From assembly GCA_965240325.2 (NCBI GenBank), contig OZ251223.1, positions 1,550,001 through 1,614,000 of the forward strand: a stretch of 64,000 nt of DNA. The letters are read 5' to 3'. Made by a program: the position numbers and the translations under genes. The notes beneath the pieces were generated by a model. That model saw only the letters and a program-made list of their open reading frames with translations, did not search any database and was not told the DNA's origin. The stretch is from Rebecca billardiae RCC1528 (Eukaryota > Protista > Haptophyta). Shown here in pieces: positions 1-12,779 of the stretch; the stretch's first letter is position 1; each line of letters opens with the position of its first letter.

Positions 1-544
1 TGCTTCTGTGACCGAAGCGCAGTCCCGAGAGGTCGAGACCACGCAAATCCATCCTTGACAGGCTCTTGCCGTCGTAGAGGAACTGCTTGACTTCCTCGCG
101 GGTGAAGCCGGACTGCGGCCGCATAGAGACTGGCCGAGGCGGCTCGAGCATGTAAAACTTCAGCTCGCGCTCGAGCGCGCGCATCGCGCGCGCATCGGGC
201 GGCTCATCGAGCTCATCCGTGCGAAGGTAGTCGAGGATGATATGGAAGTGCTCGCCGCTGCGGTCGATGAACACGTAGCCATCGTCGTCTACATGGACCT
301 TGATCCCCTCCCGTCCGCTGAACATCGTGCCCAGCATCGAGTCTGGGTGCCGCTGCAACGTGCTCAGCGTGGTCTCAAACCTGGTGCCGCCAACGTTGAG
401 CTTGACGCGATCTGCGCAGCGCTCGAGGTTGAGCTGAACCACCTCTTTGAGGCCTTCAATCGCCTTCCGTTCGCGAGCAAGGGCTGCCTTCTCGACCTTC
501 AGGGCATCGATAGCGGCCTGCAGCTTCTCCAGATCCAGATCCAT
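1..544 (-). CDS. BTB/POZ (KCTD-type) protein, probably KCTD9-like with pentapeptide repeats; runs off the window
   Basis: Manual minus-strand translation from ATG 544: MDLDLEKLQAAIDALK...RVKLNVGGTRFETTLSTLQRHPDSMLGTMFSGR...VFIDRSGEHFHIILDYLR...LSRMDLRGLDLSGL. Not in the ORF track because it is truncated. Confidence 0.88.
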   Translation of the reverse strand, partial: MDLDLEKLQAAIDALKVEKAALARERKAIEGLKEVVQLNLERCADRVKLNVGGTRFETTLSTLQRHPDSMLGTMFSGREGIKVHVDDDGYVFIDRSGEHFHIILDYLRTDELDEPPDARAMRALERELKFYMLEPPRPVSMRPQSGFTREEVKQFLYDGKSLSRMDLRGLDLSGLRFGHRS

Positions 545-565
545 GCGCGCGACCGGTGACGAACG

Positions 566-1057
566 ATGATGACGGCGCTGGCGCAAAAAGCTGGACGCTC
601 AAGTCGGCCACCCGGCGCCGGGCTCCGCCCAGTCCCGGACGCTGAGGCGCTGCAGGCGAACGACGAGCAGCAGCACTCTCAGAAGCGGAAGAAGAAGCCC
701 CGGCGTGGGAAGCGCGGGCAACGGCGCGACGCCGAGGGCCGACGGATTCGTTCTCCATCGAGCCGTCGCTCCTCGACGCGCCGCGCCGTCAAGGAACGCC
801 AGGCGCGCAAGGCGGCGCGCCTGGCACCGACCGCTGCACCCACGCCAGTCCCTGCTGCCCCGCTCCACGAGGACCGAGACTCGCCCCCGGGCGACGACTT
901 GGACGACGAGGAGCTGCCGCAGCAGCGGACGAAGCGCACCCTGGACGACGCCGCAGCGCCAGCCGCCGCCAGCCAGCCAGCTGGCTCGAGCGGCAGGCGC
1001 GTACGCGACCGCTCGGGGAGCACGGGGCAGGCTCGACCAGCTGCTACCAGCGGCTGA
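566..1057 (+). CDS. Basic, low-complexity hypothetical protein (may be spurious or a gene fragment)
   Basis: ATG ORF with a K/R-rich stretch (KRKKKPRRGKR) and an acidic stretch; no recognisable domain. Confidence 0.25.
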   Translation: MMTALAQKAGRSSRPPGAGLRPVPDAEALQANDEQQHSQKRKKKPRRGKRGQRRDAEGRRIRSPSSRRSSTRRAVKERQARKAARLAPTAAPTPVPAAPLHEDRDSPPGDDLDDEELPQQRTKRTLDDAAAPAAASQPAGSSGRRVRDRSGSTGQARPAATSG

Positions 1058-1897
1058 GACTGCCAGCTGACATCCGGACCTGCACCATCGCCCTCGCTCG
1101 GGGCACAGCAGGGCCATGCGAGCCGCGCAGCGCAGGTGGATCGCGCTCCAGCAGCTCAAGGCCGCGCTCAAGCTTTACGATCGCGGTGCAGGCTATGCTC
1201 TGCCACCAACGCCGACTTCGTGTCGACGATCGGGCACTGCCGCCGACGAATCAGGAGACCCGCGTCGTCCTACCTGTGTCGTTAAATCATAGAATGAGTC
1301 CGGGGACGCGGCGCCGCCGCGCCGCCCTTCCCCATGCACACGTACGGCGTGTAGGCGGCATCCGGGGCGCTCCGACGCGACCGGCGTCCAGGCCCAGCTA
1401 CCGCTCGGCTCGCGACCCCGCTCGGGCCGGGACCGCCACTGGCACTGGCACTGAGCCGCGGCGCTGCAGCCGTCCTGGCCTTGTACCTGTTGTACCAGAG
1501 CCTACCATGTCGGCGCCCGAGCAGAGGCGTTCGTCGGGTATTCAGCAGGTGCCGACAGTGGCGTGCGTTGTCTGACAGCACGTACGGCAAAGAGCGTCGC
1601 CTTACGGCCTTACTTTCAGGTACATCGCGCGCGCAACTCACTCCTCAGGCAGTCCTCAGACTCAGAGCCTCCTCAAGCGGTGGCCCGTCAGGACCCGCGC
1701 GCGCCGCTGCCCAGTGCCCGCCGCGGGTGGCCGCCTGACGTGCCCGCTGACGGACGCGCGCCGCCGCGCCTACAGACACAGCATGCTGACAGGCATGAGA
1801 GGCAGCGGACTCTTCGACGAACGCGCCACGGTGACGGCAGCGCCGCCGCCGTAGCCATCGGCCGGCGCCGGCCAGCCTGTACGGCACCGCTCTGACT

Positions 1898-3514
1898 CTA
1901 TACTAGAGCGGTCTGCGACTGCGGCTCGGGCGCGGGTAGGCGCTTGAGCCGGATGTGCAGCCCGCTCTCCTTGGGCCCGAGCGTGAGGTCGACTGTCTCG
2001 GACGGCACTGCCAGCCGCGCGTCCTCCGGCGGCAGCACCTCGTACGCGCGCAGCAGCGCGGCGAGGATGGTGACCGCCTCGAGCTCGGCCAGCCGATAGC
2101 CGATGCACTTGCGCGGGCCGCCGCCGAACGGGTGCCACGGGTGCACGAGCTCGGCGCCGCTCGCCCCGGCACCGCCACCGCCGGGCAGGTGGCGCTCGGG
2201 CACAAACTCGTCGGCCGTCGCGCCGAAGAGGGCCCGGTCGCGCGTGACGGTCGCGATCGACTGGCTGGCGATCGCGCCGCTCGGCAGGAGCACGCCGCAC
2301 ACTCGCACCGGCTGCTCCACCAGCCGGCCGACTGAGACGACGGTGGGGAAGAGCCGGAGTGACTCGTACACGACGGCGCGCACGTACGCCATCCCGCACA
2401 CCGCCTCGAAGCTCAGCGGGGTGGCGAGCGGCCCCGCGCGCAGCGCGTCCCGCCGCGCCGCGTCCTGCGCGCGTGGATGGCGCGCGAGCAGGTGCACCGC
2501 CCAGCAGAGCGTGCTGGAGGTGGTCTCGTGCCCCGCGACCAGCATCGTGATGATCTCGTCGCGCGCCTCGTCGAACGGGAGCTGCGCGTCTGCCAGCGCC
2601 GCGAGCAGGCTGGCGGGCGGCGCGTCCGCCGGCCCTGCGCCGCCCGGCCCCGCCGCCGCGCCCCCTCGCGCCGCCGCGCCCGCCGCGCCCGCCTTGGCGT
2701 AGATGGAGGCCGCCGCCTTTGTGTACAGCTCCTCCGCTGCGTACACGCGCCGAGCGAACGGCGGCTGCACGCACCGCGGGAGCGCCTTGGACACGCGCAC
2801 GACCCACGGCGGCAGCACGGCCGCCAGAAGCACGCCGCCGAGGATCTCCTCGCTCGCCCGCACGAACGCCGAGTCCCCACCGCCGGCGATGGCGCCAAAG
2901 TCGACGCCAAAGCCTACGTCCCCGATCACGTCGAGCGCCGCCGCGGCGAGCGGCTTTGAAATCTCGACGTCTCTGCCGCCACCGGCGGCGGCTTCGACCG
3001 CACGCCACAGCTGCTCGGCGCGCGTGACGATGTGCGGGTGGTACGAGCGCAGCGCCGTCGTGGTGAACGCCGGCGCGAGCGCCGCGCGGTGTCGGCGCCA
3101 TTCGGCGTTCGTTGGCAGCGTGACGAGGGAGTGATCGAGCACATTGAGCGGCGGCCTCCGAGGAAAGGCGACCGCGTCGGTGACGATCTGAGCAGATGGA
3201 TCGGCGCATGCAATGATCGCGCCGCGGCCTATGGGCAGCACAATCTTCACCACCGGCCCGTACGACGCGTGCAGCGCGCGAATGTACTTGTGCCGCTCGC
3301 GGAAGAAGGACGGCGACTTCCCGTCTCCGCGCAGGGACGCCATCGAGCCGAGGAAGAAGTGGTACGGCGGGCCCGGAACGTGTGCGACCGATCGCAGGAA
3401 ACGCAGGCGCGAGCTCGCTGCGAGGATGGCGAGCACAAGCGCCGCCGCCAGAACGAGACACCACAGCGCGGCCTCGGTGAGCTCCATCCCGTGCGGACGT
3501 GCGGCTGAGCGCAT
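1898..3514 (-). CDS. Cytochrome P450, intronless
   Basis: N-terminal membrane anchor and PGP hinge; I-helix AGHETT; ExxR (ESLR); PER (FVPER); heme motif PFGGGPRKCIG. Confidence 0.96.
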   Translation of the reverse strand: MRSAARPHGMELTEAALWCLVLAAALVLAILAASSRLRFLRSVAHVPGPPYHFFLGSMASLRGDGKSPSFFRERHKYIRALHASYGPVVKIVLPIGRGAIIACADPSAQIVTDAVAFPRRPPLNVLDHSLVTLPTNAEWRRHRAALAPAFTTTALRSYHPHIVTRAEQLWRAVEAAAGGGRDVEISKPLAAAALDVIGDVGFGVDFGAIAGGGDSAFVRASEEILGGVLLAAVLPPWVVRVSKALPRCVQPPFARRVYAAEELYTKAAASIYAKAGAAGAAARGGAAAGPGGAGPADAPPASLLAALADAQLPFDEARDEIITMLVAGHETTSSTLCWAVHLLARHPRAQDAARRDALRAGPLATPLSFEAVCGMAYVRAVVYESLRLFPTVVSVGRLVEQPVRVCGVLLPSGAIASQSIATVTRDRALFGATADEFVPERHLPGGGGAGASGAELVHPWHPFGGGPRKCIGYRLAELEAVTILAALLRAYEVLPPEDARLAVPSETVDLTLGPKESGLHIRLKRLPAPEPQSQTALV

Positions 3515-3911
3515 GCACAGTCCGGCCGACGCGCGCCCGACTTCGACACTTCGTCACTGAACAAGTCCGGCGACTCCGTCACTTCACAATTCTGACAGAC
3601 AGTGAGACAGACAGTGGTGCCAGCCTTCGTGAGACGGAGCCTGTCATCGGCCTGGCAACCACGGCTTCAGGCATCAAATGACAGTATGAGCCGCAGCGCG
3701 CAGTGCGAGCGACGAATGAATGACGGTCCTAGAAGCGTAAGCAGTACCGACTGCATACCGAGTACGCGTCGTGGCGTCTGTACTCTGTACGCCGAAGAAT
3801 CGTGCACTGTGGGGTGCACCATCAATGCGCCAGTGCGTGCGCGGTGAAGCAGCGGCCTCGCGACACGGCGGAGGGTGTACCCGGCGCGGCCGGGGGTCCT
3901 ACGCGCAGCCG

Positions 3912-4704
3912 TCATGACGAGCCTGGCTTCACTTTGACGATGGCCTCCACCTCCACCGCAATGTCCAGGGGCAGGGTGCTGGTGCCAATCGCCGAGCGCG
4001 CGTGGTACCCGCGCTCCTCAAAGACCTGCGACGGGGCGAGGAAGGCGGTGGCGCGCAACACCGGCGCGATGGCTTCAGAGAGCGGTGGCGGTCGGGTGCT
4101 CCATGCAAGGTGCAGGTGGCGGAGGGGTGAGGCGCGCGCGGCGGCCGCGCACACACCTCCATCATGACGTCCGACGCGCCGTTCATCACAAGGTGGTGCT
4201 GCTTGAAGTCGACGGTGGACTGGACGATCCCAAAGAGCTTAATCACCTTCTCTACGCGGTCGAGATCGCCGCCGAGCTGATCTTGCACGGTGGCGATGAG
4301 GCCCAGCCCACACCAGCGCGCGGCTTCCTGCCCCTGCTCGAGAGTCAGCGACCCAGGCCCGACAGGGCCGGTGATCATCGAGCTGCACACGGAGAGGCAG
4401 GGGTCGCAGACGCACGACACGAGGCGCCTAGTGAGCGCTGCGTGGGAAGCGCCGAACGCGACAACGCCGCCGCTCCGCGCGCAGGTACGGCATACCCGTC
4501 CGTACGAATTGGAAGGTGGCCGGAGACGTACAGCAGTGTTGGGCTCTCCCAGCAGACGATGTTGTAGTTCGCCTTGGGGGTACCCGGGGCCGGAAGCGTG
4601 ATGCCAAGCTTCTGCAAGCGCGCCTCGGTATGCACCGCCGCCGCACGCTTCGGCACGTTGCGCAGCGCCCTCGCGCGCATCGCGAGGCCGGCGGCGGTCA
4701 TCAT
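3912..4704 (-). CDS. RidA/YjgF/UK114-family protein with N-terminal targeting peptide, 3 exons
   Basis: Exons LQKLGITLPAP..ANY..LLYVSGHLP / GQEAARWCGL..GDLDRVEKVIKL..VMNGASD / HARSAIG..LPLDIAVEVE lie in three frames and are joined by GT-AG introns. Confidence 0.88.
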
Positions 4705-4847
4705 GAATGCGAGTGATCGATCGTCCGGTGGCCGCAGTGGCTTGGGTCCGGCCGTCCGGGACCCCTCTCGCGCCCAGCGCCGAGCGCCGCCATCGGCCGC
4801 AACTCTTGGCCGCCCGCGCGTCCGCCGGCGCGGTCAAGGTCTCGGCG

Positions 4848-7129
4848 ATGGAGGGCCTCGCTTGGTTCGGCACGCCAACGCAGCCAACTGCCATGGACGA
4901 GGCAGTCGACCGCGCGACTGACGAGCTCCTCATCGCGCCTGACTGGGCCATCATCATGGAGATCTGCGACGAGATCACGCAGTCGAGCGCTGCGGTCGAC
5001 GCCTGCCGCGCCATCCGCCGGCGGATGACGCACAAGAACCCAAAGGTGGCCCTGCTGGCGCTCACGCTGCTCGAGGCGGGGATGAAGAACTGCACCGAGC
5101 CATTCCACGCGCAGGTCGCCTCGAAGAGCTTCCAGGCCGACCTCGTCAAGGTCGCCACCGGCAAGGGCGAGGCTGCCGAGCGCGCTCTCTCTCTCGTCGA
5201 GTCGTTCGCGGACGCCTTCCAGGCGCAGGGCTACCCGCAGTTCGGCGCGACGTACAACAGCCTGGTGAAGAAGGGGGTACGCCCGCACGCGCGCCCCTCG
5301 CCGGCGGGCCCTGCACGCGCGAGGACGCGATGCTCATGCCGCGTGTCGGCGCCGATCCGCCGCCCGCCCCTCAGGTGACCTTCCCGCAGCGGGACGTCGG
5401 AGCGGCCGTGCCGCTCTTCACGCCGCCGCCGTCCGCTCAGGGCGAGGCGCAGCACCCGCACGTCTCCTCGCCCACCGAGTCCGACGCCCAGCAGCGCGAC
5501 CGCCCCGTCTTCGCCAACGGGCTCGACGAGGCGGAGGATGAGCAGGAGGTGGGTGGGAGGCGCCGTCGGCGCAGCGCCGCGTCCGCGGCCCTGGCTCGAT
5601 GGGCGGGCCCCGCGCGGGGGTGCGCTTCGCCACGCGCTGTCCCGCGCGTGCGCATGCCGATGCGGCCGGCCGCCCCCCGCCGCACCCGCGTGCGCGCCAC
5701 AGGCGGACAAGGCCTTCACGCACAAATGGACGATGGGCTTCATGCCCGGCTACTCGCAGCTGGCGACTGAGGACCCGACTGAGGCGCAGGGCAGCGCCAA
5801 GCAGCAGGGCGGCTCGGAGCCGCGCATGCCGGACCCGTTCGCAGCCTTCCGGCGCAAGGGCTCTTCGGACAGCGGCGAGCCGCCCGCCCGCAGCCCTACG
5901 GGCAGTGCGCCGACGCCACCCTCAGCCGGCCAGGGCTACCCAGGGGCGACGATCGGCGCGGCGGCCGGCCGCTCGCCGACAGGCGATGGCGCGCAGCCCC
6001 CGCGTGCACACGCGACGGCCGTACCGCGCGCCGGCGCGGCCTCCGGCGTCCCGCCCGAGCTCCCGCTCGACCCGTCGTCGAGCGCCGAGCGGCTGCGCAC
6101 CGAGCTGGGCGCCATTGGCAACAATGTGGCCGTGCTGCGCGAGTGCCTCGAGTCGATCGAGCCGTCCGAGGGCGGCGAGCTCGACTCGAACGAACTGGTG
6201 CAGGAGCTGCTCGGGGCGCTGCGTGCGATGGAGCCGCGCGTGGTCGCGCTGATCGAAGGCGGGACGGTGCGCGCGCGCGGCTGCGCGGCTGCGCGGCTGT
6301 GCGCGCCCCGGGTGCGCGCGGCGCGCGGCGCGCGCCTCACGGCCCGCCGCGCCCTGCCCGCGCCACGCGCTGCGCCGCGCGGGGGGCCGACCAGGTGGAG
6401 GACGAGGGCTTGGTGGCGGAGCTCTTCGGCGCGCACGAGCAGCTGCAGACGGCCTTTGAGCTGTACGACGAGAAGCTCGCGCACATGCTCGCGGAGGACG
6501 AGGCGCCGCCGCGGGAGTTGGACGAGGGGGACGAGGGCGGCGCGCGCGCTGGCGCGGCCGCTGCCGACGGCACCGCGGCGGCTGCCGGCGACGGAGGCGG
6601 CGGGTTCGACCTGCTCGGGATGCTTGACCCGATGCCCGCCGGCTCCGCGCAGCCTCCGCCGGCGGCAAGGGGCAGCACGCTCGACGAGCTCAGCGCTGTC
6701 TTCGCCGCCAGCTCGGTGCAGCCGCCCGTGGCGGCGCAGCCCGCAGCCACGGCGGGCTCGGCCGCGCAGGCCCAGTGGGGAGCAGCTGCACCGACCTCGC
6801 CGACAGGCCTCGCGTCGACGGCTGCCGCCGGCGCGAGCGCGGGGCCGTCCGCCGCGGCGTGTGCCGGCGGATCTGGCTCGAACCCTTTCGATGCGCCGAT
6901 CAGCTCAGGCACGCCGGCTGACCTCGCGCCGCCTGCGCCGGCGGGCTTGCCACCGCCGCCACCGCTGCCGAGCTCGTCCCCAGCCTCTGGCGGGCCGAAT
7001 GATCCGAGCCTCGGCGATGCCATGCCGCCACCGCCCACCATGGCACCACCTCCTCCGCCCGTGGCGTCTGCGTCGCCCCAGGAGCCGCCAGCGCAGCAGC
7101 AGCCATCAGACTTCAACCCTTTCGGATGA
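4848..7129 (+). CDS. TOM1-like VHS-GAT endosomal sorting adaptor, multi-exon
   Basis: VHS: AVDRATDELLIAPDWAIIMEICD..IRRRM..KNPKVALLALTLLE..KNC; GAT-like helical region (NELVQELL..MEPRVVALIE); Pro/Ala-rich tail with NPF motifs (SNPF, FNPFG-stop). Confidence 0.88.
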
Positions 7130-7530
7130 CGATGGCCCGTCTGCGCCCAGCGGACGTCCCGCCCGCCAGTTCACTCCAGCCTGACTCCCTGATCGAGCCG
7201 GGTCCCCATCACGCCTACGGGCCGCGCGCAGCATCATCATCAATACTACATCACTGCTATCGGCTATCGCCGTCACTCGTACTTCGACTTCGTAGTCAGC
7301 GCTCGGCGCTGCGCTCGATGCGCCGCGCTGAAGCCTTGACGCTGAGCAGGATTGCATCATGAGCAGCCTAAACTCAATATGAGCTGATGTTCTAACTACT
7401 GCTTAGCTAAGACTCTGCTAGCGCAGCTGTCTAGCATCAGCTACCGTCACCGCGGAGTGCACGCGCGTCACGGTGTAGTCGGTGAGTGGCGGCGTCGCGC
7501 CATCACTCGTCATCTCGGACGCGCGTCAGT

Positions 7531-10500
7531 TCACATCATCCTCGTCAGCTCGCGAGGATAAGCTGATGTAGCTGACGCTTCACGCTCAGCAGCACGCATC
7601 GCCCTCAGCCCGACGCGCGAGCGGGTCGCAAGTCCAACGCCAGCGACCGCCGCAATCACGAGGGCGACGAGAGCTGCGCTCACCAGAACCGGCATGCCCG
7701 CGCTCGGCGCGGCCGCCGCCGCACGCGAGGCCGCATCGAAAGCGCGCAGTTCGTCCGCGGAGGGCCTGCACCAGTCCCAGTACCCAGTCGCGGTCGGGTG
7801 CGCCAGTTGCTCCTGCGCAGTGCACGGCAGGAGGTGTGGGCGCCGAATAGGTGGGCCCAGGGCGTGGCCGCGCGCGCCGGGCACGCGCGGAACGCGAGAT
7901 GTGGCGCGCACACGCACCCGACTCCGATGATGCAGCATCTTGCCGCAGTGCTTCTGCGCGACGGGGCACCACGCGCCGTGCGCGTTGGGCTGGTTGGGGT
8001 CGCACCCGTGGTACATCACCGACTTGTACTCCCAGTTCTCCAGGCACGTGCACCCGTGGCGCGTGTGCGACAGCGGGTGATGCGCCTCGTCAGGGCTCTG
8101 CTCGGAGAGCCCGGCTGTCGTGTCCTCCTGCGCGCTCGTGGACGCGTTGGCCGGCGCGGGCGTCGGCGCGGCGGGCTGGGCGGGCTGTGGGCGGTGCGAG
8201 TGCGCCTTGCCCGCCACCGGCTGGGTCGGCGGCGCGGGCGTGATGCCCATGTGCAGGCGGAAGCTGCCGCACTCCGCCTGGTCCGACGTCACCTCGAGCG
8301 TGTAGTTGCCCGGGGCCAGCTTCCCATAGAAGGCCGCGCCCAGCTCGCCCGGCGGGCAGGTGGGCTCGAGGCTGTCCATGCCGACGTGCACGAGCTCCGT
8401 CGAGCTCGGCTCGTAGTAGCAGTCGGAGGCGAGGCGCAGCACCGTGTTGAAGTTGGTCACGCCGTCCGCCGCGCACGTGTAGATGTCCACGTCGGCGGGC
8501 GCGGCGAGCGAGAAGACGTACAGCATGTCGGGCGAGGTGTGCGGCGGCGCGATCGAGGTCGCAAAGCACGTATCTCCGCTGATCGTCTTCACAATCTCGT
8601 CGCGGGCTGAGCCCATGCGCGCGAGCTCGTCCGCGTCCGAGAGGATGGGGATCGGCGAGACCAGGTCCGAGCCCCAGCACAGGTCCTCGGCTTGCGTGGC
8701 GCTCAGCTCGTAGGAGCCCGTCTGTGCGCACGGCGCGCGCGTTCACAGCGCGCGCGCGCGCACGCGTGTCGCACGCTGAGCGCTCGGCTGCGCCATGCTC
8801 CTCGCGTTGCTCGCGGCGCGCGCGGGGCTGCCGAGGAGATTGGGGCCGGTGGGCGCGCGCGCGCACCTCTCCCTCGTACCCCTCCACCTGCACGTAGTAG
8901 TCCACCCCCTTCGTCAGCTTGAGCACGAGGTACGAGCCCGAGCCGCACTCGTCGTCGCTCTGGCTCATCAGGTGCCCCCCCCGGTGCGGGCAGCCGTGGT
9001 AGACGTTGAGGCGCGTGTCGAGCTGTGAGCCGCACGTCGAGAACTCGACAGCGACGTCGGTCTGCGGCGTGATCACGTACAGGCCCTCGTGCCCGGTGAG
9101 CTGCGCGGTGATGCGGTCGCCCACCTTGAGCTCGAGGGCGGTGAGCAGGCACACGTTGTCCGACGCGTCGCGAGGCTCATACGGCGGGCAGCTGTCGATC
9201 GGCGTCGCGGGCGCGGCCGAGTGCCGACGCCTGCGGGTGCTGCTCACAGCGCGGCGCTCGCCAGGCTCGCCGCAGCCGAAGGCAGAGAGCTGGAAGTTGC
9301 CGATGTCGTGCGCGTCGAGGCCCTCGACGAGCACGGTGTACGACCCCGCGCCCAGCTCGACCTCGAGCGTCGACGCCGTGCCGTGGCCGTCGATCGTGCA
9401 GTTGTCGTCGTTGCTCGCGAGCGGCTCGCCGATCCCGCCGCTCGACTGCAGCGGGCAGCCGTCAAAGAGAGAGAGCTTCGTGTCGAAGTTGGTGAAGGCG
9501 TGGCACGTGCTCAGCGTGAGCGTGCACGGCTCGCGCACCTTGAGCGTGTACAGCGCGTCGTTGCCCTCCGTGCCGATCGGCGACTTGGTGTCCGTGTCCC
9601 AGATGCCGCTGCGCACCGCGCACCCCGAGTGCAGCTCCTTCTCCTGAGGGCACTGCGGCCGGCATGCGGGGCCGCCGTAGCCGTCCTCGCACACGCAGCG
9701 CCCGCGCGTGGCGTGGGCGGAGGCGTGGGCGGAGGCGTGGCAGTAGCCGTGCCCGCCGCACTCGACGCCGTCCACCGTCGGGCACGCCGCCACGTGCAGC
9801 TTGTCGTCCTCCACCTCGCACGTGATCCCGTCGCGGTCGCACAGCGCGATCCTGTACACGCCAGGCGCGAGCAGCGAGCGGTCAACCGCCATCCGGCCAT
9901 CAATGTCGACGAACGGCTCCATCGCGACGACCTCGCCGTCGTGCTCGGAGATGAGCTTGACGAAGCCGTTCACCTCCGACTCGGGCACGCCCGGCTCCGG
10001 CGTCGGCGTCGGCGCGGCCGCGGCCGAGGAGGCGCCCCGCCTCCGCCGCTTCTCCGAGATGACGAGCGAGACTCGGTCCGTGTCGGCGGCGGCGGCGGCG
10101 GCGGCGGGCGCGGCCGAGTCGGGCGCGCGCGCGAGCGCGAGCGCTTTGCCCAGCGGCGGGCCGCCGCCGCCGCCCGCGGCAGGCTGGCCCGTGTCGAAGC
10201 CGAAGAAGCGCTTGAAGTGGTACGCGATCGTGTCCGTGAGCTGGTCCATCAGGCTGGGCGACGACGACTCAGGCTTGTCAGCCTTGTTGCGGCAGCGGCG
10301 CGCGGCGCGGCCCTTCTTGGGGCAGTCGGGTGGCGGCGGCGGCGCCGACGGCGGCGGCGGCAGCGCGGACGGCACCTCGTTCTCGATCACGGCGACGTTT
10401 GGCACGATGGGCATGATCACCCACGCCGAGTGCTCCAGCCCGATCCTGTCGCCGCGCCGCGAGCGGAAGAACCCCTGCTCGCCCCAGCCCGAGCCCCACG

Positions 10501-11827
10501 AGTTCTGGCACGTCCAGTACGGCACGCCATTGTCGATGCCATAGCTGCGCGCGCGCGTGGGGCAGGGTACGGACGGCGGCGGGCGGAGGGGGCGGCGCGG
10601 GTGAGGCAGGGCGGGCGCGGGCAGGCTCGGCGCGCGCATGCCCGCGCGCGTGCCCGCGGCCGGCTGCGCGGCCGGCGCTCCGCACCCGATCATCTTGACG
10701 GCGTGGCCGCCCGCCTGCCCGCTGCTCGGGTTGGAAGAGTAGACGCCGCGCCGGTAGTTCCAAAAGTCGTTGTACACCGTCATGGCGACGTCGACGGGGC
10801 CGGCGTGCGAGAGCTCGTGCATCATCTCGGTCGAGCCGCGCAGCATCCGCGTCGACTTGGGCTCCGCCTTGAAGTGCGGGTGCTGCGCCAGCTTCGAGTT
10901 GGGGCACGAGCCGCCCGAGTCCTTGGAGCCAAAGTGATCTTCGTAACTGCCGGACCCGCCCGAGCCGTACGGCAGCGTCGAGTCCTCGACGAGGCCGGTC
11001 ATCTCGAGGTACGCGCCGGACAGGTCCTGGAAGCCGCCCTCGCACCCAGCCTGGCACAGGTCGGCGTTCGGCCGCGGCAGGCACAGCTTGTTGCAGCTCA
11101 CGTGCTGCTGCACGGAGAGGCGCACGCGCAGCTCACCGGCCGACGCCTTGCACAGCCGGTCCTCGAGCATGCCCGTGTTCGACTGCGCCCAGCAGCTGCC
11201 GCAGCTGCCCTGGTCGCGCGGCGGCAGCTTGCAGTGCGGGTTCTCCGTGCGGAAGTCGTACGCGTCCGGCGCGCTCAGCGCCTTCTCCAGCGCGGGGTCC
11301 GCGCCCGCTGCCCAGTGGGCGGCCGCCTCGATCGGTCTCGTGCGGAGGCCGAGGTACTGGCGCGCGAGGCTCGCGTAGGTCCGACCCTGGAACATCTTGT
11401 ACACGTCGGCGTCGTACGTGCGGCCTGGATCGGCGTTGTGCTTCTCCACGTCGCATCGGCGGTTCGCCAGGCTGTCGGCGCGCACCGAGCAGCAGTACGG
11501 CACGCTGGAGGCAAACACCATCTTGCCGGTCGACTCGCGCAGCAGCACTTGCGCCGTGGCAGGGTGGCGCCCCTCCACCACGAACTCGAGCTCGTACGCG
11601 AGCGAGTCGGACTGCACCTCCGTCGCAGCCGAGACGAGCTCCCACTCCTCGATCGCACCTTGCGATCGGCAGTAGTGGCTGATGCGCACATTCATGCCCG
11701 CGATTGCGACTTGCGCGGCGCGCGAGACATTCCGCGCTGTCGTGGCGACAGGCGACGGGGCGCCGACGGGCTTGCGCACCGTCGGCGCGCCTGCGCTGCC
11801 GAGGAGCACGGCGACAGCGACGATCAT
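7531..11827 (-). CDS. Membrane-anchored papain-family (C1A, cathepsin B-like) peptidase with EGF, three PPC-like beta-sandwich repeats and an FN2-like module; multi-exon
   Basis: Signal peptide; RDQGSCGSCWA, GGHAVKMIG, YWTCQNSWGSGWGEQGFF; EGF CGGHGYC..CVCEDGYGGPAC; three repeats of Y..(S)TC..(D/N)T.L..C..G.Y.V.V; GCTCLENWEY..HGC..AWCPV..WDWC; C-terminal TM helix. Confidence 0.88.
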
Positions 11828-12779
11828 CGTGCCGGCTCGGGGTTGCGCGTCGCTGCGCCGCCGATCCGCCGACGATGGTCGGACCTCCGTGACGGAGATC
11901 GCGGGCGGTTCGGGGTCCCAGCCGAAGTGATTTCAACTTTGGGCGCGCCTCAAATGCTCAATGCGGTTGCCTCACAAATACAAAACTGGCAGCGCTCGCT
12001 CGGCTCGTCGCACGCGTGTCGTCGTCGATGAATACCAGTTGGGGACTTTCTTTATTCATCATACGGGCTTATTGTTTTCGTCATGACGAGCTTATTGTCG
12101 GACTATGTGATTGACTCTGAAGCCATGCGGATGATCATGGGGCCGCGCGTCCAGGCACCGACTGTCACCCGGTCACCGCAACACCAGCACCGCATGCACG
12201 ACCAGTAGGATTCAACCGCCAGTCAAAGTAGGCGTCACCGAGCAGGCCGAGCCGTGCGCCAGCAGCTTGGGGCAACACGATCTGCGCTGCTCAATATTGA
12301 CAATAAGCCGGCGCCGCGGGCACTCCCGCCACTGCGGCACTCCGCACTCGCGGCCGCTCGGCGGACTCAATCAACTAGAGTTAGAGTCAGAGACATCAGA
12401 GATGCCACATGGCGGGTATGATACATCATTACCGCCGCCATCCCGGTATACTATTAGAAGTAGAATAAAACGCCAGACGGGCGGCACCCGGAGGTGCCGG
12501 AGCCCGTTAATTACAGAACGGGCTGAATATATCACGCGACTATGACTATGATGAGTAGTATGATACTGATGAGTGATGTACCGTGACTATCATGCGCAAT
12601 GTTGATGACCATATCATCGTCGACGATCACCGCCATCATCAATAAGACTCGTCAGAGGCGCCAAGCTCTGAAAGTAGCAGCAGCAGTAGTTGCGTGATAT
12701 CGTCGCGAGTATTGTCGTGTGCCCGCAGTATTGTCGTGTAGTGCCCGCGCATATTGCCAGACCGGTGCCGCTCGGGCAC

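Noticed and set aside
9089-12031. Long antisense or alternative-frame ORFs (for example 980 aa here, 814 aa at 19490-21934, 673 aa at 38781-40802)
   Set aside because: Shadow ORFs of real genes caused by extreme GC content; Arg/Ala/Gly-rich with no motifs.
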